A stretch of 10,726 nt of DNA from Candidatus Hydrogenedentota bacterium (GCA_034408725.1 JAWXCN010000155.1:1-10726); one strand, 5' to 3'; shown: positions 1 to 8,450, counted from the stretch's first letter. Notes: generated from the sequence alone by a model not told the origin. Translations and numbers: made by a program.

Positions 1-985
1 CTTCTCCATAATATTGAAGAAAGAAAGACGCGAGCACTTCCTGGACCGGCATTTCACGCTGATTGAATGAAAACGATCTGCCCCCCGTCATTTTACCGGC
101 GCGATAGAACAGCACTTGCAATTCCATGAACCGGCCTTCGGTGTGATAGCCCCAGATGTCCTGGTCGTCGCCCGGTTCCGGGCGCACGGTGCGCTGGCGT
201 TCGAGTGTCGTCTGCACGGCGAACAGCCGGTCGCGCAGTTGCGCGGCCTTCTCGAATTCCAGCCCGGCGGCATGTTCGTCGATGCGGGTTTTCAACACCT
301 TGACCAACTCGGCGCTGCGGCCCTCGAGCGCCATCACGACCTGATCGACCATCTCGCGATAGTCTTCCTTCGACACATAATTCACGCAGGGCGCCGAACA
401 TTGCTTCATCTGATAATAAAGACAGGGCCGCGTGCGGCTTTGAAGCACGCTGTCGCTGCACAGCCGCAATGGAAACATGCGTTGAAACTGCTTGACCGTT
501 TGCCGGACCGCCATCGCGCTGGCGTACGGTCCGAAGTATCGCGATCCGTCCTTTCGCAGTTGCCGGGTAATGGTCACCCGCGGCCATTCATGGCGCAGGT
601 TTACCTTTACGCTGACGTAGCTCTTGTCGTCCTTTAACTGGACGTTATAACGCGGCCGATGCTCTTTGATGAGGCTATTTTCAAGGAGAAGCGCTTCCTT
701 CGCATTCGTCGTGACGAGGAAATCGATGCGCGCGACGCGTTTCATCAGGAATTTCACGGTGTACCGGCTGTCGCCGTCGTTGAGATACGTGCGCACGCGC
801 GCGCGCAGGCTGTTCGCCTTCCCCACATAGATGACGCAGTCCCGCTCGTCGCGCATGATGTAACAGCCCGGCGCGGTCGGCACGTTGGCGATGTCGAAAG
901 AATCCAGGAACTGCTCCGGCGACTGCCGTTGCGCTTCGGCAAGCTCGATACGCTCGAAGGACTGAATTGAAGGCACACTACTCAT
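1..985 (-). CDS. uvrC: Excinuclease ABC subunit C, N-terminal part (3' end runs off the left edge)
   Basis: Not in the ORF track because the stop lies outside the window. Manual translation from ATG 985 gives MSSVPSIQSFERIELAEAQRQSPEQFLDSFDIANVPTAPGCYIMRDERDCVIYVGKANSLRARVRTY...EALLLENSLIKEHRPRYNVQLKDDKSY (GIY-YIG domain), then YFGPY, the Cys-rich LRLC...RPCLYYQMKQCSAPC segment and the UVR motif LEFEKAAQLRD. Confidence 0.96.
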   Translation of the reverse strand, partial: MSSVPSIQSFERIELAEAQRQSPEQFLDSFDIANVPTAPGCYIMRDERDCVIYVGKANSLRARVRTYLNDGDSRYTVKFLMKRVARIDFLVTTNAKEALLLENSLIKEHRPRYNVQLKDDKSYVSVKVNLRHEWPRVTITRQLRKDGSRYFGPYASAMAVRQTVKQFQRMFPLRLCSDSVLQSRTRPCLYYQMKQCSAPCVNYVSKEDYREMVDQVVMALEGRSAELVKVLKTRIDEHAAGLEFEKAAQLRDRLFAVQTTLERQRTVRPEPGDDQDIWGYHTEGRFMELQVLFYRAGKMTGGRSFSFNQREMPVQEVLASFFLQYYGE

Positions 986-991
986 GGGTAA

Positions 992-1000
992 ATTCTAACA
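992..1000 (-). promoter_or_regulatory. Putative extended -10 promoter (TGtTAGAAT) for uvrC
   Basis: Minus strand reads TGTTAGAAT-ttaccc-ATG. No good -35 at 17 nt spacing and no Shine-Dalgarno (SD) sequence. Confidence 0.5.
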
Positions 1001-1012
1001 GATTCGGGGTGT

Positions 1013-2725
1013 TTATCCCCGCAATCGCTCTGCATTCACGGGAATCCAGCGGCGCACGGAATTGATCAGATGCACGGCCCGCGCGCGGCGCACGTCGTCC
1101 TTCGAGAGAATGCGCTCGGTAATGCGTCCTTCCTGAATCAGCGCGCCGCGGAATGTTCCCGCGAGCGCTCCGCATGATACCGGCGGCGTGTATAATTTCC
1201 CGTCCAGATCGACGACTACGTTTGCCGTACAGCTCTCCGTCACTTCACCGCGCTCGTTCCACAGCAAGACATCGTCGCACTCCGGCCGGGAGGCCAGTGC
1301 CTCGTCATAAACTTGGCGGTGCGTTGTTTTGTGAAAAAGGAAAACTTCGCCTGACTGCACGGGAGCCGCCGCAAAGTCCAAGTTAACGCTGATGGATGGC
1401 GGAGCGGGAGCGGCCTCCGCGCGGGCGTTGCCGGATTGATCTATCAATAAGCGAACCTTCAGCGGCGCTCCGGTTCGTCCCCTGACCGTTGCATACAGCA
1501 ACTCACGAGCGCTCTCGATGTGCAACGGAAATTCAAAATACCGTGCGCTTTGTGCAAGACGTTCAAGGTGTTCGTGCAACAGGAAAAATTCTGCTTCATA
1601 CAAAATAGATTCGAGCAGCTCGAAGTCCGGACGGCGATGCGTCAGCACCCGCGCTTTTGTCAGGCATTCGGCGTACTCCAGGTCCGCGCGCGAATCCCAG
1701 GTGATGCCCCCGCCGACCGCGTATTCCGCCGTGCCCCCGGAGATGGTGGCGCAACGAATGGCAACATTGAAGTGCGCATCGCCTCCGGGAGCGATCCAGC
1801 CCATCGCGCCGCAGTACGCGCCTCGCGGCGAAGTTTCCATTTTGCGGATGATTTGCATCGTGCGAATCTTGGGCGCGCCGGTAACGGAACCACTGGGAAA
1901 CAGTGCTGCGAATATTTCGGGCACTGCGTGTTCCGAGCGCGAGACAATTTCCGACGTCATTTGCCATACCGTAGGATATCGCTCGACATCAAACAATGAT
2001 TGCGTGCGCACGGAACCGATATTACTGATCCGTCCCATGTCGCTCCGGAGAAGATCGACAATCATCAAGTTTTCCGCGCGCTCTTTTTCAGAGGCGCCTA
2101 GGTCCTCTGCGAACCCTTCGTCTTCCGCCGGCCAACGTCCGCGCGGACGCGTGCCTTTCATGGGGCGCGTTCGCAGCACGCCATTCTTTAGTTCAAAAAA
2201 CAGTTCCGGTGATGCGCACGCGAGTTGAAAGACTCCCGTGTCGATGTATGCGCAATGGTCCGCGGCCTGCGCGGCGCAGAGGTCATGGAACCATGCGTGG
2301 GCGTCGCCGGAAAACGTCGCGCACAGCGGAAAAGTAAGGTTCACCTGATACGTATCGCCCGCGGCGATATACTCGCGGATGCGCCGGACGCGCGCAGTAT
2401 AGTCGTTCTCGGACCATTCGGCGTCCCACGCGCCCACCGAGTACGCGCCGCGCTCAGACCGCGGTTCGCTGGGATGTTCATAAACGCCAAACCACACGAG
2501 CGGAAGCGTTGATGGCGGATGACACGCCATCGCGGGATCGAAAGCCGGGGCGGCTTCATACGAAACGTATCCGGCAACCCACGCGCCACGCGCCGCTGCA
2601 TCCTGCGCACGGGAGAGTGCAGGCGCGACTTGATCAAGCGTTGTTGCTGCGATGATCTCTCGCGGATTTCTAAAGGCCAAGCCCCGTGCGCGCGACAAGA
2701 ACTTGATGTCGCCTGTCGCGCCCAT
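1013..2725 (-). CDS. pabB: Aminodeoxychorismate synthase component I fused to a class IV aminotransferase / ADC lyase-like domain (PabB-PabC fusion)
   Basis: 570 aa. Chorismate-binding motifs GYVSYE, GDTYQVNLT, SPELFF, RPMKGT, KERAENLMIVDLLRSD, FPSGSVTGAPK, GGGITWDS. C-terminal class IV domain with HLERL, FHKTT (PLP lysine), NERGEVTESCTAN, TPPVSCGALAGTFR, INSVR. Confidence 0.93.
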   Translation of the reverse strand: MGATGDIKFLSRARGLAFRNPREIIAATTLDQVAPALSRAQDAAARGAWVAGYVSYEAAPAFDPAMACHPPSTLPLVWFGVYEHPSEPRSERGAYSVGAWDAEWSENDYTARVRRIREYIAAGDTYQVNLTFPLCATFSGDAHAWFHDLCAAQAADHCAYIDTGVFQLACASPELFFELKNGVLRTRPMKGTRPRGRWPAEDEGFAEDLGASEKERAENLMIVDLLRSDMGRISNIGSVRTQSLFDVERYPTVWQMTSEIVSRSEHAVPEIFAALFPSGSVTGAPKIRTMQIIRKMETSPRGAYCGAMGWIAPGGDAHFNVAIRCATISGGTAEYAVGGGITWDSRADLEYAECLTKARVLTHRRPDFELLESILYEAEFFLLHEHLERLAQSARYFEFPLHIESARELLYATVRGRTGAPLKVRLLIDQSGNARAEAAPAPPSISVNLDFAAAPVQSGEVFLFHKTTHRQVYDEALASRPECDDVLLWNERGEVTESCTANVVVDLDGKLYTPPVSCGALAGTFRGALIQEGRITERILSKDDVRRARAVHLINSVRRWIPVNAERLRG

Positions 2726-2728
2726 GCG

Positions 2729-3493
2729 TCACGCGAAGTGGGGGACGAATACGCGGGAGGCGTTGGCCGTGGTGGCTTCTGCAAACGCGTCCAGCGGCAT
2801 ATTCTTCAGTTCCGCGAGCGCCGCGGCCGTATGCGCGGCAAAGGCCGGCTCGCAACGTTTCCCGCGCACGGGCTGCGGCGCAAGATAAGGACTGTCGGTT
2901 TCAACAAGCAGCCGGTCTATCGGCACGACACTGGCGGCTTCGCGCAGTTGGATGGCCTTCGGATACGTGACATTTCCCGCGAACGAAATGTAGTACCCAC
3001 GCGCGAGGCATGCCTTCGCGAACGCGGCGTCACCGGAAAAGCAGTGCATCACCACCGCGCGAATTGTATGTTCGCCCAGTATCGCCAAGGTGTCCTCATT
3101 CGCGTCCCGGTTGTGAATGACCAAGGGCAAATCCAATTCCGCAGCAAGCGAAAGCTGCTCGTGAAACGCACGGTGTTGCAGCTCGCGAGGCGCGGTGTTG
3201 TGCTTGTAGTAGTCGAGTCCGATCTCGCCAATGGCGACTGTCCGTGGATGCCCGGCGAGTTCGCGCAATACGGAAACGCCATCACCATCCATTTCTTCAG
3301 GATGATAGGGATGCACGCCTACTGCCGCGAAAGTACGGTCATTTGTAAAGGATAATGCTGCCCGGCTCGACGCGAGCGAATCGCCGATCAACACGATCCA
3401 TTCGAGGGAATCCATTGCGCGAGCCGCGACCGCGTCGCGATCCTCGTCAAATGCCGCGTCGTGAAGGTGGCAATGGGTATCGACCAGGCGCAT
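2729..3493 (-). CDS. tatD: TatD-family metal-dependent hydrolase/DNase
   Basis: 254 aa with DTHCH, GVHP, IGEIGLDY, IHNR, HCFSG and ETDSPYLAP motifs. Start overlaps the upstream stop (TAATG). Confidence 0.95.
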   Translation of the reverse strand: MRLVDTHCHLHDAAFDEDRDAVAARAMDSLEWIVLIGDSLASSRAALSFTNDRTFAAVGVHPYHPEEMDGDGVSVLRELAGHPRTVAIGEIGLDYYKHNTAPRELQHRAFHEQLSLAAELDLPLVIHNRDANEDTLAILGEHTIRAVVMHCFSGDAAFAKACLARGYYISFAGNVTYPKAIQLREAASVVPIDRLLVETDSPYLAPQPVRGKRCEPAFAAHTAAALAELKNMPLDAFAEATTANASRVFVPHFA

Positions 3494-4596
3494 TACGACC
3501 CGGCGCCGGGGTTGCCGCCTCCCGGCTGACCGCCGCCGCCGCCACTTCCAAATCGGCGATGCCTGCGCCGCCGGCCTTGGGTGTGCGGACCAGTATTCTG
3601 TTGCGATGGCTGTTGCCCGTCTGGCTGCTGCGGGTGCGGACCCCGATCACGATTCCGGTCTTGGTACGATGGACGATCATCACGCCGTGGACGTTGTTGG
3701 AACTGTGGCGCAGACTGCGGCTCATCATTTCCAAAATCGACGACCGCCACGTGCTCTTCATCGTTTCCATCCGGCGATACGGCGATGTCCATGCCTGTTT
3801 CGCCGCCCATATCGTCGAGACGTTCTTCCCAGTCGTCCGGTTTGTGCCGGATATCGGAGCGCGCAAAAGCGCCTTCGTGACCCATCGCCTCCTGGTAATC
3901 AACGACTTCCGTTTCATCCCGGCCCGCGACGGCGGACATTTCGCGCCGTCCCCGGTGTTCCTGATATTGCTCATTCTCGTAACTGAGGCAACATAGCAGG
4001 CGACCACACTGCCCGCTGATTTTGGATGGATTGAGCGACAGGTTTTGGCGCTTGGCCATTTTCATCGAGATGGGTTTGAACTCGCGCAACCACGTCGAGC
4101 AGCACAACTCGCGCCCGCAAACCCCGATGCCACCGACGATTTTTGCCTCGTCGCGCACCTGGATATGCCGCAGCTCGATGCGCGTCTTCAAATCCTGCGC
4201 AAGATCGCGCACAAGCTGGCGGAAGTCCACGCGGTCGTCCGCGGTGAAATAAAAGATAATCTTGTGCCGGTCGAAGGTAAATTCCGCGTCAACCAGTTTC
4301 ATTGGAAGACTGCGCTCGCGGATGCGCATCCAGCAGGTTTCTTTCGCCCGCTCTTCTTCCATCTGAATATGGTGGTAGGTCGTTTCGTCCTGGTGCGTGA
4401 TCTTGCGCACCACATTCATCTTGTAGCGGCTTTTCGCCCCTTCGGGAATCGGCTCCGGCGGCACGATGCAAGTGCCATACTCGAGCCCGCGCTCCGTGCG
4501 CACGATACAGTCCTCGTTGCGCTGCAAGGGAATGTCTTCACACAAAAAAGTGAACACTCGCGTAGGCTTACGCAGGCGAACTTTCACGGTTGTCAT
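3493..4596 (-). CDS. ricT: PSP1-domain / stage 0 sporulation YaaT (RicT)-family protein with a long low-complexity C-terminal tail
   Basis: Motifs KIIFYFTADDRVDFRQLVRDLA, RIELRHIQVRDEAK, GGIGVCGRELCCSTWL, SMKMAKRQNLSLNPSKISGQCGRLLCCLSYE. Sits in the conserved tmk-holB-yaaT-tatD neighbourhood. ATG 4596 preferred over TTG 4602. Confidence 0.9.
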   Translation of the reverse strand: MTTVKVRLRKPTRVFTFLCEDIPLQRNEDCIVRTERGLEYGTCIVPPEPIPEGAKSRYKMNVVRKITHQDETTYHHIQMEEERAKETCWMRIRERSLPMKLVDAEFTFDRHKIIFYFTADDRVDFRQLVRDLAQDLKTRIELRHIQVRDEAKIVGGIGVCGRELCCSTWLREFKPISMKMAKRQNLSLNPSKISGQCGRLLCCLSYENEQYQEHRGRREMSAVAGRDETEVVDYQEAMGHEGAFARSDIRHKPDDWEERLDDMGGETGMDIAVSPDGNDEEHVAVVDFGNDEPQSAPQFQQRPRRDDRPSYQDRNRDRGPHPQQPDGQQPSQQNTGPHTQGRRRRHRRFGSGGGGGQPGGGNPGAGS

Positions 4597-4617
4597 GGCC
4601 AATCCAATCTATATGTT

Positions 4618-4707
4618 CAACCCCCTGTACCCCGCTTAAGCATCGAATCTCTTATCTTATCTTAATCTTAGCTTAAGTTCCCCTTTGAAGGGGGATTTAG
4701 GGGGATG
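4618..4707. repeat. Composite intergenic inverted repeat with G/C tracts (REP-like), enclosing short TCTTA tandem repeats
   Basis: Left arm caaccccctgtacccc-gcttaagc (4618-4641). Core tcttatcttatcttaatctta (about 4650-4670). Right arm gcttaag-ttcccctttgaagggggatttagggggatg (4671-4707). The arms are imperfect reverse complements. Confidence 0.7.
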
Positions 4708-4720
4708 TAACCTCATTCAA

Positions 4721-4729
4721 ATTTTACCA
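4721..4729 (-). promoter_or_regulatory. Putative internal extended -10 promoter (TGgTAAAAT) upstream of ricT
   Basis: Minus strand reads TGGTAAAAT just after the holB stop, in an AT-rich spacer. No clear -35. Confidence 0.4.
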
Positions 4730-4738
4730 GTCTTCGCG

Positions 4739-5818
4739 CTACTTCGCGGCCAATGCGAAAAACAGCTCGCGAAAAACGCGCTCTTCCGGTATGAACCGGT
4801 CCAGGTTCACACGCGCCTCTTCAATGGCCGAAATTTTTGCGGCATGGTCGCCGCGGGCCCGTCCGACCTTGTCGCGGCGGTCTTTATTCCAAATCCGGTC
4901 CGTCCCGTTGGACGCCTGGGCCACCAGTTCATCACGATACCATGTTTGGAGAAGGTAAAGATACTCGATGGTCTCTTTTCGTACCATTGCGGCCAGGAGC
5001 GCCAACCGTTCCTCTTTGGCCCGGTCCGCATCTTCCCTTGTGGCCTCATTGCTCGTCGTCGTTTCCGCTTTGACGCCCGCCTCTATCTGCTTGCGTTGAT
5101 TGTCGAGAAACGAAGAAAACTCCTCAGCGAGGATCACCGGGTCTTCGCCCGCGTCCAGCCGTTCCGCCAATGACAGCGCCACATCGCGTTTGTCAGAACT
5201 CACGAGGTCTAGCGCGCGCGATATTTGACCCTCCGCGATTTCCGCGATAGCGTCAGCAACTTCCGCGGTAAGATCGCGTTCGCGCTGGAGAAACCCCGAT
5301 ACGGTTTCGCGCCGCAACGACCGGAAACGGACGGATTGACAGCGCGAACGAATGGTGGGGAGCAGCATCCTCGGATGCTCGCTGATCAGAATAAACAGTG
5401 ACTTGCCCGGCGGTTCCTCGAGCGTCTTCAACAGATGGTTTTGCGCGGAGGCATTCATCCGTTCCGCGTCGAGCAGCATAAAGATGCGCCACTGTGACTC
5501 GAAGGGCCGGAGTGCGGCGAATTCATTTATCTCATCAATCTCGTCCCGCTTGATGAGCCGCGATTTATCTTTCGGCGCAAAGATGCGCACGTCGGGATGA
5601 TTGCCATGATCGATCTTCCGGCACGAAATGCAGGTACCGCACGCATCGAGCTCTGCACTCTTGCAATTCAATGCCTTCACAAATTCGAGCGCGGCCATGC
5701 GCTTGCCAACGCCGCCCGGACCCCAAAACAGCATGCCGCTTGGTACGCGCTGTTCTGCAAGCAGGTTGCGCAACAGCCGGAGCGCGACCTCCTGGTCTTT
5801 TATGGTGTCAAAACTCAT
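4739..5818 (-). CDS. holB: DNA polymerase III subunit delta'
   Basis: Start at ATG 5818 (ATGA overlap with the tmk stop), 359 aa. Degenerate Walker A WGPGGVGK, zinc module C...CGTCISC, HPD, AQNHLLKTLEEP, LLPTIRSRC. Follows tmk. Confidence 0.93.
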   Translation of the reverse strand: MSFDTIKDQEVALRLLRNLLAEQRVPSGMLFWGPGGVGKRMAALEFVKALNCKSAELDACGTCISCRKIDHGNHPDVRIFAPKDKSRLIKRDEIDEINEFAALRPFESQWRIFMLLDAERMNASAQNHLLKTLEEPPGKSLFILISEHPRMLLPTIRSRCQSVRFRSLRRETVSGFLQRERDLTAEVADAIAEIAEGQISRALDLVSSDKRDVALSLAERLDAGEDPVILAEEFSSFLDNQRKQIEAGVKAETTTSNEATREDADRAKEERLALLAAMVRKETIEYLYLLQTWYRDELVAQASNGTDRIWNKDRRDKVGRARGDHAAKISAIEEARVNLDRFIPEERVFRELFFALAAK

Positions 5819-6435
5819 GGCAACCGGGGCGCCACAAATTGCCAAATGGCTTCCGCCACCGCGTCTTCGCTAAGGGTCGCGTCAAGAACGCGCACCCGCT
5901 CCGGCTCATTTGCGGCGATGTTCAGAAACTCATCACGCACCGCGCGATGAAAGGCCAGCGGTTCCTGCTCAATGCGATCGAGGGTTCTCACGGTGCGCGC
6001 GCGGGCGAGACCTGTTTCGGCGGGGAGATCCAATAATATCGTGATGTCGGGCCAAGTCCCGCGCGTGGCCGCGTCGTGCATGCGTTGAATCATCGCGGGA
6101 TCGAGATTGCGCCCCGCGCCTTGGTAGGCGGTCGTCGAATCAGCGAACCGGTCGCAGATCACAACCGCGCCAGCGTCCAAACTGGGCCGGATCAACGCAT
6201 CGACATGTTGCGCGCGCGCCGCGGCATACAGCAGCAATTCCGTCACCGGTGTTATAGCCACGTTTTCGGGATTAAGAAGGATGGCTCGAATGGATTCCGA
6301 GATAACCGTGCCCCCGGGTTCACGAGTATTCACTACCGTGTGCCCCAATGCTTCCATCCGATCTCTAAGTCGCGCGACCTGCGTCGATTTGCCGCAGCCT
6401 TCAACCCCTTCGAATGTGATGAACAGTCCGCTCAT
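5815..6435 (-). CDS. tmk: Thymidylate (dTMP) kinase
   Basis: MSGLFITFEGVEGCGKST P-loop, TREPGGT, ELLLYAAARAQH, CDRFADSTTAYQG. ATG 6435 chosen as start, 206 aa. Confidence 0.96.
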   Translation of the reverse strand: MSGLFITFEGVEGCGKSTQVARLRDRMEALGHTVVNTREPGGTVISESIRAILLNPENVAITPVTELLLYAAARAQHVDALIRPSLDAGAVVICDRFADSTTAYQGAGRNLDPAMIQRMHDAATRGTWPDITILLDLPAETGLARARTVRTLDRIEQEPLAFHRAVRDEFLNIAANEPERVRVLDATLSEDAVAEAIWQFVAPRLP

Positions 6436-6490
6436 TGTCCATGCGGACCGCGCCGCGCGCATCGGTTAGTCACGATATCAGATTGAATCC

Positions 6491-7360
6491 TCACGCCGGA
6501 CCGTCCTCGCCCAATACCTTTTTTCGCGCAACCTGTGCGGAGCGGAAGAACGCTTCCAGCTCGTACGCTTTTCCGCGTTCGATCAATTCGCGCACCGCTT
6601 CGGTCCGATTGCCAAATTCGCGCAACCCCTCCACAATGGCATTGCGGTTGGTAAGGCAAATATCGCGCCACAGTTCCGCGCGGCCCGCCGCGATCCGCGT
6701 AACGTCGCGAAACCCTTTTCCCGTGAAATCCCGCACTTCGCCCGAAGCCGCCGCCAATTCCGCAATCAACGCCGCGACGACGTGGGGGATATGGCTTGTC
6801 CGCGCGACGATATCGTCGTGCGCGCGCGGCGCCACCTCGATCACGCGGGAACCGACAGCCCGCCATAATGCGCAGACGGTCTCGTGTGCATCCTCGGCGT
6901 GATCATCCAATGGCTCGACAATCGTGACGCAGCCATCGTACAGGTTTGCGGAGGCGTGTTCAGGCCCGAATTTTTCAGAACCGGCCATAGGATGGCTCCC
7001 GACAAACCGCAGGGGGCGTGACCAGTTGCTCCGAACGTGCGCGCAGATTTCCGTCTTGGTGCTGCCCACGTCCGTAACAACGACATTGGGCGCAACGCGG
7101 CTACGAATGGTGTCGAGCTGATCGAAGATCAGTACGGCCGGTGTACACAAAACGATGAGGTCCGCGCCGCGAACTGCCGCGCCCAGATCGAGCGAAGCGT
7201 CGTCAATAGCGTTAATGGATAGCGCGGTATCCAGCACTTCCTGCCGCCGGCCGACACCGCGCACGCAGCTGGCAAGTCCTCGCTGTTTGAGCGCAAGGCC
7301 GAGCGATCCGCCCAGCAGTCCAACGCCAACTATCGTGACGGCGCCGAAACCCGCGTTCAT
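6491..7360 (-). CDS. tyrA: Prephenate/arogenate dehydrogenase (TyrA family)
   Basis: True start ATG 7360 (GGAG SD upstream, ATGA overlap with hisA), 289 aa. Rossmann motif GVGLLGGS, plus TDVGSTK, HPMAGSE, HDDIVARTSHIPH, GFRDVTRIA. Confidence 0.93.
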   Translation of the reverse strand: MNAGFGAVTIVGVGLLGGSLGLALKQRGLASCVRGVGRRQEVLDTALSINAIDDASLDLGAAVRGADLIVLCTPAVLIFDQLDTIRSRVAPNVVVTDVGSTKTEICAHVRSNWSRPLRFVGSHPMAGSEKFGPEHASANLYDGCVTIVEPLDDHAEDAHETVCALWRAVGSRVIEVAPRAHDDIVARTSHIPHVVAALIAELAAASGEVRDFTGKGFRDVTRIAAGRAELWRDICLTNRNAIVEGLREFGNRTEAVRELIERGKAYELEAFFRSAQVARKKVLGEDGPA

Positions 7361-8085
7361 GTCCGCTCCCGCGCGACTTCCATCGCCTCCGACAGGGTAA
7401 AAGCGCAAAGGTACAACGCGCGTCCTATGATGACTTCGTCTACGCCGTCCGCAGTGGCCTCGCACACGCGCCGGATATCTTCCAACGACGACATGCCGCC
7501 GGACACCGTGACGGGAATTTCTACGGCGCGCGCGACGGCGCGCGTCGCGTCCACGTTCGGACCAGTCATCATGCCGTCGCTCAGAATGTCGGTATAGACA
7601 ATGCGCGACGCGCCCGCGGCCTCGACCTGCTGGGCGAATTCGACCGCGTCGGTGGCCGTGTCTTCCAGCCATGCATTCAGGGACACCTTGCCCGCGCGCG
7701 CATCAATACCCACGACAATCTTGGCGGGAAATGCAGCCGCGGCTTCCCGCAGAAACGCAGGGTCCCTGTGCGCGGCGGTGCCCAGGATGGCGCGGTCCGT
7801 GCCGGCCGAGAAGACGGTTTCGAGATCGCGCATGCTGCGTATGCCTCCGCCCATCTCGGTGCGCACTCCGGCATCGCTCATCGCGCGAAGCGCGTCTGAA
7901 ATGCACACGTGCCCGGCTTTTGCGCCATCGAGGTCGACGATATGGACGATGTCTGCGCCCTGATCACGCCAGGCGATCGCCTGCGCTACGGGGTCTTTCG
8001 CGAAAACCGTCTCCTGCGCATAGTCGCCCTGGACCAGGTTCACGCACAGTCCACCCCGAATGTCCACCGCGGGGACGATGCGCAT
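7357..8085 (-). CDS. hisA: ProFAR isomerase (histidine biosynthesis)
   Basis: Start ATG 8085, 242 aa. Motifs PAVDIRGG, LVQGDY, HIVDLDGA, GGGIRS, ILGTAA, GIDAR, YTDILSDGMMTGPN, SGGMSSLED, IIGRALY. Confidence 0.95.
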   Translation of the reverse strand: MRIVPAVDIRGGLCVNLVQGDYAQETVFAKDPVAQAIAWRDQGADIVHIVDLDGAKAGHVCISDALRAMSDAGVRTEMGGGIRSMRDLETVFSAGTDRAILGTAAHRDPAFLREAAAAFPAKIVVGIDARAGKVSLNAWLEDTATDAVEFAQQVEAAGASRIVYTDILSDGMMTGPNVDATRAVARAVEIPVTVSGGMSSLEDIRRVCEATADGVDEVIIGRALYLCAFTLSEAMEVARERT

Positions 8086-8087
8086 GG

Positions 8088-8450
8088 TTACGCCGCTGCG
8101 AGTTTGGCTTTGACGAGATCGACGATCTTCTGGAAGCTCGCCTCGTCCGTCGCGGCTATTTCCGCGAGCATTTTTCGGTTCACGTCGATATTGGCCAGTT
8201 TCAGGCCCTGCATGAACCGGCTGTACGAAATGCCCGCCGCGCGCGCCGCCGCGTTGATGCGCGCGATCCACAACTGGCGGAACTCGCGCTTGCGCACCTT
8301 ACGGTCGCGATACGCGTATACGCCAGAGTGATCGATCTGCTGCTTCGCGGTCTTGAGCAGCTTGCTGTGCGCGCCGCGGTAACCCTTCGCGCGCTTGAGT
8401 ATTTTCTTCCGGCGATCGCGTGACGCCGGGGAGTTAGTAGCTCTTGGCAT
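8088..8450 (-). CDS. rplT: 50S ribosomal protein L20
   Basis: 120 aa with [57 protein letters not shown]. Confidence 0.98.
   Translation of the reverse strand: MPRATNSPASRDRRKKILKRAKGYRGAHSKLLKTAKQQIDHSGVYAYRDRKVRKREFRQLWIARINAAARAAGISYSRFMQGLKLANIDVNRKMLAEIAATDEASFQKIVDLVKAKLAAA

Noticed and set aside
1013..2725. PabB-PabC fusion as a novelty
   Set aside because: This bifunctional architecture is already known from many bacteria.
4634..4677. Mini-CRISPR or IS ends in the holB-ricT spacer
   Set aside because: The repeats are only 5-7 nt, there is no repeat-spacer periodicity, and no cas or transposase gene is nearby.
7357..8085. Stand-alone hisA as a bifunctional PriA (HisA/TrpF)
   Set aside because: It has the HisA-type GGG phosphate-binding motif (EMGGGIR) rather than SGG, and NAW rather than the PriA RGW loop.
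7361..8271. N-terminal extensions of TyrA (to 7672) and HisA (to 8271) in the ORF track; likewise HolB (to 5845) and Tmk (to 6462)
   Set aside because: The TyrA, HisA and HolB extensions run into upstream genes. Homology starts and ATGA overlaps support the shorter starts at 7360, 8085, 5818 and 6435.
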